The notes: generated by a model from the letters alone, not told the origin. DNA of 64,000 bases from Patescibacteria group bacterium (GCA_028710985.1 JAQTTB010000001.1:587014-651013), one strand, 5' to 3'. Positions 17,568 to 27,951 are shown, counted from the first letter of the stretch. A program made the numbers and translations.

Positions 17568-19745
17568 ATGAATAAAAATTCCGTATTTTTTAGGAAATTT
17601 TTAGTTTTCGTGTTCGCGCTTGCCACGGTCATGTGTGGCATTTTCATCGCCGACCGCATGATTCTGGCTTGGACCGGACCGACCGGCGTGCCGCCCGCGA
17701 ATAACACCCCGGGCGTTATCTGGAATTTGCCGGTCACGAGTTCAGCCCAAACCGCGGAATTTAATATTTCCGGTTCGGGCAAATTGAGCGGGGACATTTA
17801 TCTCACAAACAATAAAGCCATCCGCGCCGACGCAGCCGGCATTACCACAATCTGGTTTGGCAACTGGGGAGCCGGGGCGACAGGTTTTAAGCTCGGCGTA
17901 ACTGATGACATCGAGGCGCTCGGCACAATCACGGCCACGGAATATTGTCTCAATGGTTTTTGCATTACGGCTTGGCCAGCGCCCGGCGGCAGCGGCGACA
18001 TCACCGCAGTCACGGCCGGCACCGGTCTCTCGGGTGGTGGTGCCTCGGGCGACGTCACTTTGAATGCCGATACAACCTATCTCCAGCGCCGGGTTTCCGG
18101 CGTCTGCGCTGACGGTTCATCTATCCGCGTTATCAATGCCGACGGCACGGTTACTTGCGAAACCGATGATTCGGGCGTGGGCGGCGGGGGAGACATTACC
18201 GGCGTCACGGCCGGCGCCGGACTTTCGGGCGGCGGCCTTACGGGCGATGTGGCCCTTTCGATTGATTATGGACAAACTCAGAAAAGAGTAAATAATCCAT
18301 GTCCGGACGGACAGGCGATAAATTACATTGGCAGCGATGGTTCAGTTTTCTGCGTGGCAGTTGGTGTCGGAACGGGCGATCTGACGGATGTTTTAGCTGG
18401 CGGCGGCATCAATGTGACAAATTCGGGCGGCCCTCAACCGAGCGTGGCCATTAATCCTACCTACACTCAACGAAGAGTTTCATCGTCTTGTGCGGCCGGC
18501 ACATCCATCAGGGTGATAAATGAAGACGGCACGGTTTCGTGCCAGCCGGATACAAATGCCGGTGGCGACATCACCGGCGTTACGGCCGGTACCGGACTTA
18601 CGGGCGGCGGAGTTTCGGGCGACGTTGCATTAAGCGTGGATACGGCTTATCTCCAGAGAAGAGTATCCGGCACCTGCGCGGCGGGAAATTCAATCCGTAC
18701 CGTGAATGTCGACGGAACTGTGGCTTGTGAAACCGACGATGTCGGCACTGGCGATCTGACCGATCTGATTGCCGACCTTGGCATAAACATTGTTTCTCCC
18801 GAAGGGCCAATTCCGCGCATTTCCGTGAATACCTCCGTGATTCAAAAACAAGTTGGCGGCAGTTGCGTCGCTGGCCAGTCAATCCGGCAGATCAACACCG
18901 ACGGCACAGTTCTCTGCGAAGTTGACGATAATGCCGGTGGCGATATTACCGGTGTTACGGCCGGCACCAATCTCTCCGGCGGCGGCGTGAGCGGCGATGT
19001 CACCATTAATGTAATCGATTCGCCGACCTTTGCCGGTGCGCTTGGCGTAAACGGCCAGGCGATGAGCGCCACAGTCGGCATTCAGTCGCAGGGCACCGCA
19101 GCCGGTGGATATTTCGTTGATTCTAATAATACCGGCACCTACGCCTATCTCGGTTTTGGTACGTATGGCGTACAGGCCGTCGGTACCAGTATCGGCGTTT
19201 ATGGAACTGGCGCGACGTATGGCGGTTATTTTTATGATTCCACATCCTTGATGAGTGCTCGCCTTGCTTATGAAAGTTATGGTCTCTATACTTCTGGCAA
19301 TGTATATATCGGGGGGGCTTGTACCGGCGGCGGCACCTGCGACGAGGATGTTGCCGAATACATTGATTCATATTCCGGGGTTGAAGCCGGGGACGTGGTA
19401 GAAATTAGTTCTGACGGACGGGCAAGGAAATCAACCCAGGCATACAGCACCAAAGTCATTGGCGTTATCTCCACCAATCCGGCGATTATTTTTCCGGGCG
19501 GCAACGAAGGTGATGATAAACAAGCCAATCGCGAGCCGCTCGCACTCTCGGGAATCGTGCCAGTTAAAGTTTCAACCGAAAACGGCGTGATTCAGGCCGG
19601 CGATCTTCTCACGAGTTCAAACACTCCGGGCCATGCCATGCGCTGCACGGACAAAGTTCAATGCGGCGGAGCAATCATCGGCAAGGCCCTTGAATCATTT
19701 TCTGGAAAGGCCGGGACTATTAAGATGATCGTAACTCTTCAATAA
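17568..19745 (+). CDS. large secreted repeat protein: six ~62-aa repeats plus a distinct C-terminal domain
   Basis: N-terminal TM/signal; repeats GDITGVTAGTGLSGGGVSGDV...YLQRRVSG.CAAG.SIR.IN.DGTV.CE.DD; C-terminal GIVPVKVSTENGVIQAGDLL. Confidence 0.7.
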   Translation: MNKNSVFFRKFLVFVFALATVMCGIFIADRMILAWTGPTGVPPANNTPGVIWNLPVTSSAQTAEFNISGSGKLSGDIYLTNNKAIRADAAGITTIWFGNWGAGATGFKLGVTDDIEALGTITATEYCLNGFCITAWPAPGGSGDITAVTAGTGLSGGGASGDVTLNADTTYLQRRVSGVCADGSSIRVINADGTVTCETDDSGVGGGGDITGVTAGAGLSGGGLTGDVALSIDYGQTQKRVNNPCPDGQAINYIGSDGSVFCVAVGVGTGDLTDVLAGGGINVTNSGGPQPSVAINPTYTQRRVSSSCAAGTSIRVINEDGTVSCQPDTNAGGDITGVTAGTGLTGGGVSGDVALSVDTAYLQRRVSGTCAAGNSIRTVNVDGTVACETDDVGTGDLTDLIADLGINIVSPEGPIPRISVNTSVIQKQVGGSCVAGQSIRQINTDGTVLCEVDDNAGGDITGVTAGTNLSGGGVSGDVTINVIDSPTFAGALGVNGQAMSATVGIQSQGTAAGGYFVDSNNTGTYAYLGFGTYGVQAVGTSIGVYGTGATYGGYFYDSTSLMSARLAYESYGLYTSGNVYIGGACTGGGTCDEDVAEYIDSYSGVEAGDVVEISSDGRARKSTQAYSTKVIGVISTNPAIIFPGGNEGDDKQANREPLALSGIVPVKVSTENGVIQAGDLLTSSNTPGHAMRCTDKVQCGGAIIGKALESFSGKAGTIKMIVTLQ

Positions 19746-19762
19746 ATAATAGAATATCAGTT

Positions 19763-19820
19763 AATCGGTGAATCAGTGGATCGGGACGAAAAACCCGATT
19801 CACCGATTCACCGATTCACC
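19763..19820 (+). promoter_or_regulatory. Repeat C: inverted plus tandem (gattcaccg x3) hairpin immediately upstream of cysS
   Basis: cggtgaatcagtggatcggg acgaaaaa cccgattcaccgattcaccgattcaccg; ~20-bp imperfect stem ending 5 nt before the cysS ATG. Confidence 0.6.
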
Positions 19821-19824
19821 GTTT

Positions 19825-21219
19825 ATGCTCCAGCTTTACAACACCTTAACTCGCAAAAAGGACGAATTTGTTCCCATCAAAAACAAAGCAGTGGGGTTGT
19901 ACACCTGCGGTCCGACTGTTTATGATTTTGCGCACCTCGGCAATCTGCGCACTTATATTTTTGAGGATATCCTGAAACGCGTTTTGAAATTCAACGGCTT
20001 CCGCGTCAGGCATGTGATGAATGTTACCGATGTCGGTCATCTGGTTTCCGATGCCGATGAGGGCGAAGACAAAATGATGAAAGCGCTGAATCGCGAAAAG
20101 CTCGAGCCGTCGGTCGCTTCGCTCAAAAAACTCGCGGACAAGTATTTTGAAATATTTAAAAAAGATATTTCCGAGCTTAATATTCTTGAACCCGATGTCT
20201 GGTGCAAAGCCACCGGCCACATTAAAGAACAGATCAATCTCATTGAAACCCTGGTGCAAAAAGGTTTTGCCTATGAAACCGCGGACGGCATATATTTTAA
20301 CACGTCAAAATTAAAAGATTACGGTAAGCTCTCGGGCCAGGCTCGCGAAGAGCTTGAACCCGGAGCGCGGGTCGCGCTGAATCCGGAAAAAAGAAACCCG
20401 ACTGATTTCGCGCTCTGGATGAAGGCCGTCGGCAAGCACGCGAGCCATCTCATGCGCTGGCCAAGCCTCTGGGGGGACGGATTCCCGGGTTGGCATATTG
20501 AATGCTCGGCCATGAGCCGCAAATACCTGGGACAGCCGTTTGATATCCATTGCGGCGGCATTGACCATGTGTCCATTCACCACACCAATGAAATCGCCCA
20601 GAGCGAGGCGGCTTACGGAACACCGCTCGCTAATTTTTGGCTGCACGGTGAGTTTCTGACCGTGGCCGAAGGCAAGATGGCAAAATCCAGCGGTACGTTT
20701 ATTACTCTCGAAGAAGTTGTGAAAAAGAAAATTTGCCCGCTCGCGTATCGTTATCTCTGCCTCACGGCCCAATACCGTTCAAAGCTCAATTTTACCTGGG
20801 AGTCGCTAAAAGCCGCGGAAAGCGCTCTCGTCGCTCTCTCGGCTGAGTCCCAGTACTGGAAAAAACCGACTAAGCCCAATGCCGAGTGGATGGAAAAATT
20901 TACTCAGGCAATAAACGACGATCTGGACATGCCGCGGGCAATCGCCCTGCTTTGGTACGTAGTTAAAACGCGCGACGACGGGAGTAAAGCCGCTACGGTT
21001 CTGGAGTTTGATAAAATTTTTGGCCTGGGCCTCAAGGGTTGCGTTGCCAAGCCGCCGAAGATTCCGGCAAGCGTAAAAAAATTGGTTCGCGAGCGCGAAA
21101 GAGCGCGTGAGTCGCGGGAGTTCGCGCAAGCTGATAGCCTTCGCGGGGAAATTGAAAAAGCCGGCTTTACGGTTGAAGACACGGCCGACGGCGCGGTTAT
21201 CAGAATAAAAATTGCGTAA
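19825..21219 (+). CDS. cysS: cysteine--tRNA ligase
   Basis: HIGH (HLGNLRTY) and KMSKS (KMAKSSG) motifs; zinc-site residues. Confidence 0.9.
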   Translation: MLQLYNTLTRKKDEFVPIKNKAVGLYTCGPTVYDFAHLGNLRTYIFEDILKRVLKFNGFRVRHVMNVTDVGHLVSDADEGEDKMMKALNREKLEPSVASLKKLADKYFEIFKKDISELNILEPDVWCKATGHIKEQINLIETLVQKGFAYETADGIYFNTSKLKDYGKLSGQAREELEPGARVALNPEKRNPTDFALWMKAVGKHASHLMRWPSLWGDGFPGWHIECSAMSRKYLGQPFDIHCGGIDHVSIHHTNEIAQSEAAYGTPLANFWLHGEFLTVAEGKMAKSSGTFITLEEVVKKKICPLAYRYLCLTAQYRSKLNFTWESLKAAESALVALSAESQYWKKPTKPNAEWMEKFTQAINDDLDMPRAIALLWYVVKTRDDGSKAATVLEFDKIFGLGLKGCVAKPPKIPASVKKLVRERERARESREFAQADSLRGEIEKAGFTVEDTADGAVIRIKIA

Positions 21220-21251
21220 GTTTGCGAAAAATAGTATAATTTGGCTGTATT

Positions 21252-21740
21252 ATGGCTGAAGAAAAATCCATCAATTCGCCGGAAACCGGCGCTCCGGAGC
21301 GGGAAATCGTGACCATGCCTGAAGCGGTTGAAAAACAGCTTGAAGCGGAAATTGAATTTGTCCCGGTAGAGAAAACTCCCGAATCCGCCGAAGCGCCCCG
21401 TCCGGCTGCTCCCCCGACTGCGGTCGGAGCCCCGGCCGCACTCAAGGATCCGACCACCGCGGCAGTTGAAAAAATTTTGGAGCAGGACCTCGGCGATCTC
21501 TACGTCAAGCTCGACCCCGAAACGAAGAAGATACTGCGCGCACGCGGAGACATTCTGACCGAAAAGCTTAAAGCCGCGGTGAGCGGCGCGCGCGTCAAGG
21601 CGCGCAAGATTCTTTCCTGGATCCGGGAGTGGCTCCGGCTCATCCCGGGAATAAATAAGTATTTTTTGGAGCAAGAGGCAAAAATAAAAACCGATAAAAT
21701 TCTGGAGCTCGCGGAAGAGCAAAACAAAAAGCAAATATAA
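21252..21740 (+). CDS. hypothetical protein (162 aa), Pro/Ala-rich N-terminus
   Basis: ORF only. Confidence 0.45.
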   Translation: MAEEKSINSPETGAPEREIVTMPEAVEKQLEAEIEFVPVEKTPESAEAPRPAAPPTAVGAPAALKDPTTAAVEKILEQDLGDLYVKLDPETKKILRARGDILTEKLKAAVSGARVKARKILSWIREWLRLIPGINKYFLEQEAKIKTDKILELAEEQNKKQI

Positions 21741-21748
21741 AATAAAAT

Positions 21749-24298
21749 ATGCAGGTAGAAATCGGAGATGTACAACTTGCTGGTTTATTTTCGGAGCCAT
21801 GGATGATTTTTATTTATTATGTATTGGGGATAATCGCGATTATGGTTATCCTTATTTTTATTGTGCGCGCCATTCTTCAGCGCAAGGCGCATTTAAAGGG
21901 TGGTGCTTTTGAAAAAATAATTTTGCACATCACGGTTCCGAAGATTTCCACGGAAGAAAAAAATGCAACGGCCGACACTTTGCAAAAAATCCAGGAAGAA
22001 ATCGGCGTGGCCGAAACATTTTTTACATCCATCGGCGGTATGAAGGAACAGAAGGGTTTTCGGGCCTGGCTTATGGGCCGGGAGGATGAAATCGCCTTTG
22101 AAATGGTGGCCGAGGGCGGATTAATCCATTTTTATGTGGCCGTGCCGAGCTATCTCAGGGTTTATTTTGAAGAACAGCTCCATGCCCAATATCACAACGC
22201 CCAGATTGAAGAAACCGAAGACTACAATATTTTTTCTCCGCGCGGCGTGATTCTGGGGAGTTATCTTGTTTTCACGCGGCCTCATTATTTTCCAATAAAA
22301 ACCTATCGCAAATCCGAAACCGAACCCCTGAACGCTTTAACTAACGCGCTTTCGCGCATTGACGAAAACGACGGCGCGGCGATTCAGTTTATCGTGCGTT
22401 CGGCGGCGCCCAAATGGCGCAGGCGCGGAGTATATATCGCGACCCAGATGCAGCAGGGAAAAAAACTCTCTCAGGTTGAAAAAAAGAAAGGACTGGTGAA
22501 GGGTTTGGCCAAGTCATTCAGCTCGGCCATTGCTACCCCACCCAAAACTCCGGGAGGCGCGGCTAAGACGTCGCCTGAACCGTACCACTTGTCTCCGCTC
22601 GAGGAAGAAATGATAAAGGGCCTCGAGGAAAAGGCTTCAAAGGCCGGCATGGATGTGAATATCCGTGTAATTGTTTCGGCCGCTGACGCGCCTCGCGCCC
22701 AAATGTACCTTAGCAACATTTTGAATGCTTTTTCGCAATACAGCATCTATCAGTTTGGCAATGCTTTTAAAAAGTATATTCCTCCTACGCGCAAGAGGTT
22801 GATTCGTGATTTTATCTACCGCGGCTTCAATGAGCGGGCGCGCATTGTTCTGAATACCGAAGAAATGGCCAGTGTTTTCCATCTGCCCGGTCCGTGGATT
22901 GAAACACCAAATATCAATTGGATGGAGGCGCGCAAGGCCCCGCCGCCGGTTAATCTGCCCAAAGAGGGTATCACACTCGGCACGGCCGAATATCGCGGTA
23001 CGAGCCAGGAAGTAAAATTCAAAAAGAATGATCGCATGCGCCATTTTTACGTCATCGGTAAATCCGGCACTGGTAAAACTACGATTCTTAAGAACATGGT
23101 TTATCAGGATATCAAAAACGGGGAGGGCGTCTGCGTGATTGATCCGAACGGCGATTTCGCTGAGGACGCGCTCGGCTATGTGCCCAAAGAGCGGGTTGAC
23201 GACGTTATTTATTTTGACCCGTCGGACATGGCCCGGCCGATCGGTTTGAACATGCTTGAATCCAAAACCGAGTCTCTCAAGGATTTTGCCATTCAGGAAA
23301 TGATCGCGATTTTTTATAAATTGTTCACCGCCGAAATGATCGGCCCGATGTTCGAGCACAACATGCGCAATGTCATGCTCACCCTCATGTGCGATAATGA
23401 AAATCCCGGCACCATCGTTGAAATTCCGCGCATGTTTACGGACCAGGAATTTGCCAACACCTGGATCGCCAAGCTCAAGGATCCGGTGGTGCGCGCTTTT
23501 TGGGAAAAAGAAATGGCCAAAACTTCGGATTTCCACAAATCCGAAATGCTCGGCTACCTCATCTCCAAAGTCGGCCGATTTATTGAGAACGAGATGATGC
23601 GCAATATCATCGGCCAGCCGAAAAGCGGCTTCAATTTCCGCGAGGTCATGGACCAGGGTAAGATTCTTATTATCAATCTTTCCAAGGGCAAGGTCGGCGA
23701 CGTGAACGCCAACCTACTCGGCCTCATCATTGTTTCCAAATTGCAGATGGCCGCGTTTCAGCGCGCCGATGTGCCCGAAGAGCAGAGAAAGCCTTTTTAT
23801 TTATACATTGACGAGTTTCAGAATTTTATCACCGACTCCATCGCTATTATCCTTTCCGAGGCCAGAAAGTATAGCCTGTCTCTTAATGTTGCCCATCAAT
23901 ATATGGGTCAGCTCATCGGTGACAAGGGCGACACCAAGATCCGCGACGCCATCATGGGCAATGCCGGCACCATCGCTTGCTACCGTATCGGCCCGGAGGA
24001 CGCGGAAATCATGGAAAAAGAATTCGCGCCGGTTTTTTCGGCACACGATCTCATTAACGTTGAAAAGTTTACCTGTTATCTTAAGCTTTTGATTGACGGC
24101 GCCGCGGCCAAGCCATTCAACCTCAGCGTCAGCAAGCCGCCCGAGCCCAACCGCGAACTTGCCCAGAAAATAAAAGAATTATCGCGCCTCAAATACGGCC
24201 GCGACCGCGCCGTTGTTGAAGCCGAAATCATGGAGCGCTCACAGCTCGGCGGCTCGGTCCGCGCCGCCGGAACGCCTTTAAGCGAGTCTTCTACGTAA
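21749..24298 (+). CDS. membrane-anchored TraG/VirD4-like P-loop ATPase (type IV coupling-protein-like)
   Basis: N-terminal TM; Walker A YVIGKSGTGKTT; Walker B LYIDEFQNF; ARKYSLSLNVAHQYMGQL as in TraG/TraD. Confidence 0.65.
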   Translation: MQVEIGDVQLAGLFSEPWMIFIYYVLGIIAIMVILIFIVRAILQRKAHLKGGAFEKIILHITVPKISTEEKNATADTLQKIQEEIGVAETFFTSIGGMKEQKGFRAWLMGREDEIAFEMVAEGGLIHFYVAVPSYLRVYFEEQLHAQYHNAQIEETEDYNIFSPRGVILGSYLVFTRPHYFPIKTYRKSETEPLNALTNALSRIDENDGAAIQFIVRSAAPKWRRRGVYIATQMQQGKKLSQVEKKKGLVKGLAKSFSSAIATPPKTPGGAAKTSPEPYHLSPLEEEMIKGLEEKASKAGMDVNIRVIVSAADAPRAQMYLSNILNAFSQYSIYQFGNAFKKYIPPTRKRLIRDFIYRGFNERARIVLNTEEMASVFHLPGPWIETPNINWMEARKAPPPVNLPKEGITLGTAEYRGTSQEVKFKKNDRMRHFYVIGKSGTGKTTILKNMVYQDIKNGEGVCVIDPNGDFAEDALGYVPKERVDDVIYFDPSDMARPIGLNMLESKTESLKDFAIQEMIAIFYKLFTAEMIGPMFEHNMRNVMLTLMCDNENPGTIVEIPRMFTDQEFANTWIAKLKDPVVRAFWEKEMAKTSDFHKSEMLGYLISKVGRFIENEMMRNIIGQPKSGFNFREVMDQGKILIINLSKGKVGDVNANLLGLIIVSKLQMAAFQRADVPEEQRKPFYLYIDEFQNFITDSIAIILSEARKYSLSLNVAHQYMGQLIGDKGDTKIRDAIMGNAGTIACYRIGPEDAEIMEKEFAPVFSAHDLINVEKFTCYLKLLIDGAAAKPFNLSVSKPPEPNRELAQKIKELSRLKYGRDRAVVEAEIMERSQLGGSVRAAGTPLSESST

Positions 24299-24302
24299 AA
24301 AT

Positions 24303-24878
24303 ATGAACGATAACGATAGTGAAAATCAAAATCAGCCCGCCGCACAAAAGCAGGAAATTATTCTGAGGATACTGAAGCAGGTGCGCGAGAGCGTTGACGC
24401 CCTGATTAGCGTCGTTGAAGCCGGCAGCGAGGCGCCGCTCGCCGATCTGGAACGGTTCGCGTCGCAGGCCGTGCTTCCGACCGAGGCGAGCGAGACCGCC
24501 GAGGGCGGCCGCGTGATTGAGGGCGTGTTCAACGGCGAACAGATGGTCGGCTCCGACGGCCGCGAATATATGGTGCCGGCAAACTATGCTTCAAAATCAA
24601 AGCTCGTGGAAGGCGATATCTTAAAGCTCACGGTCACCGGCCAGGGAAATTTCATTTACAAGCAGATCGGGCCGATCGAACGCCAGCGCGTTGTCGGCGC
24701 CCTGGTGTATGAAAAAGAAAAAGACGAATATTTCGTGACCAGCGACCGCAAGACCTGGCGCGTGCTTCCGGCGAGTGTCACTTACTTTAAGGGCCAGGCC
24801 GGAGACGAAGCCGTGATCCTCGTGCCCAAAGACGCGCCTAGCTCCTGGGCGGCTGTAGAGAATATCATCCGGAAATAA
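24303..24878 (+). CDS. hypothetical protein (191 aa)
   Basis: ORF followed by a terminator hairpin at 24890-24920. Confidence 0.45.
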   Translation: MNDNDSENQNQPAAQKQEIILRILKQVRESVDALISVVEAGSEAPLADLERFASQAVLPTEASETAEGGRVIEGVFNGEQMVGSDGREYMVPANYASKSKLVEGDILKLTVTGQGNFIYKQIGPIERQRVVGALVYEKEKDEYFVTSDRKTWRVLPASVTYFKGQAGDEAVILVPKDAPSSWAAVENIIRK

Positions 24879-24955
24879 GTTTTGCAAAACAACGGTTGAC
24901 AATTCCGTTGTTTTTGTTATGCTTTTGCTTAGTTCATTGACAAGGAGGAAAAACC

Positions 24956-25891
24956 ATGAGCGCCCAACGTGACATGCAGGGCGCCACTGGCGTCATGCAA
25001 ATTTCCACACATTCCGGCGGCAGGTTCACTGTTCAGAAAAACCGTCTTCTCACGCGCAAAGAAGTAGACGGTCTGAGCCGGCTCAAGAACATTAGAAACC
25101 GGCGAGGCAAAAGGACGCGCCGGAGCCAGGCCGCGTTTGACGAGCTCGTTCTAAGGAACACCCGTCTTGTTACCAGCACAGCATTGCGGTATCCGGTTCG
25201 CGGCGTTGAGCTTGGAGATTGCTTTCAGGAAGGGATAATCGGCCTGATCGTCGGCGTGGAAAAGTACGATCATCGGCGAAAATGCACCTTAAGCACTTAC
25301 GCCACATGGTGGATCCGTCATAGCATTCTGCGTTTTCTCTGGGATCAGCGCGGCGATATTCACGTGGGCTGCAACATGGATCAGACCCTCATGAGAATCG
25401 CCCGCGCCAGGCACAAATACCACGTTCTGCACGGCCATTATCCGACCCGCGAAGAGGCCGCCCGGCTGATTGGGCTTAGCCCGCTTCAGTGTCGCAAGTT
25501 GGTGCGTAATTCGTACCTGACCAAGCAGATTATTAACGGAAACGAACCGTCCGGTGACAACACGATTCATGAATCCGAACTCGCGAGTGATGAACCGGCG
25601 GATACGACCGCCGAACACGACCGCCGCAACCTCCGCCGCTTGCTCGGGGAGGTGCTCGTCGAAGCCGAGGCGCAATGCGCCAAAGCCGATGCGAAAACGC
25701 AAGCCAGAAAAATGCGCAATCTCTCAATCGTGTGTGATCTGGCGGTGGGTCAAGAGTCAGGACGAGCTGTCGGCCGCCGCTATGGAATTTCCCGCCAGTG
25801 CGTGCAGCAAATATGCAAACGCGAATTTCGGCTCCTGCGCGACCTTCTCAAAGCGCGTAACGTTACTGTGGATGATATCCCCACGGCCTGA
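24956..25891 (+). CDS. RNA polymerase sigma factor, sigma-70 family
   Basis: Region 2 (EGIIGLIVGVEKYD...TYATWWIRHSI) and region 4 HTH; AAGGAGG RBS upstream. Confidence 0.8.
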   Translation: MSAQRDMQGATGVMQISTHSGGRFTVQKNRLLTRKEVDGLSRLKNIRNRRGKRTRRSQAAFDELVLRNTRLVTSTALRYPVRGVELGDCFQEGIIGLIVGVEKYDHRRKCTLSTYATWWIRHSILRFLWDQRGDIHVGCNMDQTLMRIARARHKYHVLHGHYPTREEAARLIGLSPLQCRKLVRNSYLTKQIINGNEPSGDNTIHESELASDEPADTTAEHDRRNLRRLLGEVLVEAEAQCAKADAKTQARKMRNLSIVCDLAVGQESGRAVGRRYGISRQCVQQICKREFRLLRDLLKARNVTVDDIPTA

Positions 25892-25924
25892 CGATCCCGC
25901 CTCCTCGGGGTCGTCGTTTTTTTT
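25890..25924 (+). terminator. rho-independent terminator
   Basis: gacgatcccgcctcctcggggtcgtc + T9. Confidence 0.6.
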
Positions 25925-25975
25925 GCAAGCTGCCTATTGAAAAAAATCTTGTTTTATTCTAAAATATGGGTACTT

Positions 25976-27511
25976 ATGGCATTAACGCTTTATAGAAAAT
26001 ATCGGCCGCAAAAGTTCTCCGAAGTTACGAATCAGGAGCATGTTAAGATTACCCTGGAGAATCAGATAACCATGGGCCAGGTGGCTCATGCCTATCTTTT
26101 TGCCGGGCCGCGCGGCGTGGGCAAAACCACCCTGGCGCGCATTCTGGCTAAGGCGGTCAACTGCCTGGAGCGCAAAGACAAGGAATCCGAACCCTGCAAC
26201 AAGTGCCGTTCCTGCGAAGAAATCGTGGCCAACCGGGCCATGGATATCGTGGAAATTGACGCCGCCTCCCACACCGGCGTCGAGAACGTGCGCGCCAATA
26301 TTATTGAAAACGTCCGTTTTAGCCCGGTGAGCCTCAAGCACAAGGTTTTCATCATTGACGAGGCACATATGCTTTCAACCTCGGCGTTCAACGCCCTGCT
26401 TAAGACCCTGGAAGAGCCGCCCGAGCGCGTCATCTTTATTCTCGCCACCACCGAGGCGCACAAAATTCCATCCACCATTATTTCGCGCTGCCAGCGCTTT
26501 GATTTCAAAAAGATCAGCGTAAATGAAATCGCCAAGCGCCTTGAATATATTGTCGCCGAGGAGGGGATTAAGGTTGAGCGTCCGGTGCTTGAACGCATCG
26601 CCCGGCTTTCCGAGGGCTGCGTGCGCGATTCCGAAAGCCTGCTCGCGCAGATTCTCGCGCTTGATGATAAAAAGATTTCCATGGAGCAGGCCGAGCTTGT
26701 TTTGCCGCGCACGAATTTTGACCAGGTGATTGAATTCTTGTCCGCCGTGAGCCGCCGCGATGCTCGCTCCGGCGTTGAGCTCGTGAACCGGCTTGCCGAA
26801 GACGGAGTTGACATGCGGCAGTTTTCGTCCGAGTGCCTGGAATTTATGCGCAATCTTCTTCTTGCGAAAATCGCCGGGCAGAACGCCGAACTCATGGCCG
26901 GCTGGAGCACGGAAATTCAGAATACCATTAACCAGATTCTTTCGGCCTGGACAGCCGCGGATATTGCCCGCGTGATTGAGCTCATGCTCGTAAAACAGCA
27001 CGACCTGAAATCCGCGTCGCCGGCGCAATTGCCGCTCGAGTTATTCGTGATTGAGGCAATCGGCGAGGAAGCGCCGTCTTTTAAGCCGGCAGAAAAGATT
27101 GCCGCCCCGGCTCCGGAAAAAAAATTCCGCGAACCCCGCCTGCCATGTCCGGCAAGGCCTGGCGGGCAGGCCCGCGTAAGCCTTGACCAAATTCATGAGA
27201 AGTGGCACGATTTCCTCTCCGGTCTTTCTGACGCCAATCAGTCGCTCAATCTGATATTGAGCGTGAGCAAGCCCACGGCAATGAACGGCGATACTTTGGA
27301 AATTGCTTGCAAATATAAATTTCATTGTGACCAGATTATGGCCGAACGCAACCGCCGCCCTGCCGAAGACGCGCTCTCCGCGCTGCTCGGCGAAAAAATT
27401 ATGATTCAGGCCGTGGTGCAGGACGATTTGCCAGTTGAACTCGCCGAAGAAGTCCCGGCCGCCACGGTCAATTCCGCGCTCCAGGAATTCGGCGGAAAGG
27501 TGATTGAATGA
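25976..27511 (+). CDS. dnaX: DNA polymerase III subunit gamma/tau
   Basis: LYRKYRPQKF, Walker A GPRGVGKTT, SRCQRF. Confidence 0.9.
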   Translation: MALTLYRKYRPQKFSEVTNQEHVKITLENQITMGQVAHAYLFAGPRGVGKTTLARILAKAVNCLERKDKESEPCNKCRSCEEIVANRAMDIVEIDAASHTGVENVRANIIENVRFSPVSLKHKVFIIDEAHMLSTSAFNALLKTLEEPPERVIFILATTEAHKIPSTIISRCQRFDFKKISVNEIAKRLEYIVAEEGIKVERPVLERIARLSEGCVRDSESLLAQILALDDKKISMEQAELVLPRTNFDQVIEFLSAVSRRDARSGVELVNRLAEDGVDMRQFSSECLEFMRNLLLAKIAGQNAELMAGWSTEIQNTINQILSAWTAADIARVIELMLVKQHDLKSASPAQLPLELFVIEAIGEEAPSFKPAEKIAAPAPEKKFREPRLPCPARPGGQARVSLDQIHEKWHDFLSGLSDANQSLNLILSVSKPTAMNGDTLEIACKYKFHCDQIMAERNRRPAEDALSALLGEKIMIQAVVQDDLPVELAEEVPAATVNSALQEFGGKVIE

Positions 27512-27521
27512 TTTTAAATAT

Positions 27522-27691
27522 TCGGAGATCGTCTAACGGCAGCCTGTCCGCCTCGGGAGGAGACGCCAGGTTTCCGCCAAAGGCGGACAGGCCCGCCATA
27601 GGCGGGCATGCTGGCCCTGGTAACCTGCCTGCCGGCAGGCAGGTCATGGTTCTCCGCCAGCGGGTGGATTCGCCTCCGGCGAAGAATCCAT
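27522..27691 (+). pseudogene. tRNA-Gln(CUG) pseudogene fragmented by four GC-rich palindromic insertions
   Basis: Segments tcggagatcgtctaacgg / acgccaggtt / ctggccctggtaa / tcatggttc / aatccat are colinear with the intact tRNA-Gln at 27952. They are separated by inserts of 23, 38, 20 and 32 nt, including cctgcctgccggcaggcagg, and the 3' acceptor strand is missing. Confidence 0.6.
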
Positions 27692-27699
27692 TTGAATTT

Positions 27700-27948
27700 A
27701 TGTCGTGCTTTATATACGTGATTATAAGTTGTAGCCACGGCAATAGATACGTCGGTAGTACTGATTGCGTCGAAAATAGGTTGGAAGAACACAATAGGGG
27801 AAGATGCCGCTATACATCAGGGAGAAGGCCGTGGGAGCTAGTCCACTCGGAGGAATTTGATACAAGAGCCGAAGCGATGAAACGAGAAAAATTTTTGAAA
27901 TCAGGCCAGGGAAGAAAGTATTTAGATGAAATTTTAAAGAAGAAATAA
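27700..27948 (+). CDS. GIY-YIG nuclease family protein (82 aa)
   Basis: FIYVIISCSHGNRYVGSTDCVENRLEEHNRG...REKFLKSGQGRKYL is the typical small GIY-YIG; the ORF-track N-terminal extension covers the pseudo-tRNA and is rejected. Confidence 0.7.
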   Translation: MSCFIYVIISCSHGNRYVGSTDCVENRLEEHNRGRCRYTSGRRPWELVHSEEFDTRAEAMKREKFLKSGQGRKYLDEILKKK

Positions 27949-27951
27949 TAT

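Noticed and set aside
27508-27699. N-terminal 64 codons of the ORF-track protein 27508-27948
   Set aside because: This stretch is colinear with tRNA-Gln blocks and palindromic inserts. The conserved GIY-YIG domain begins at Met 27700, so the extension is read-through of a non-coding element.
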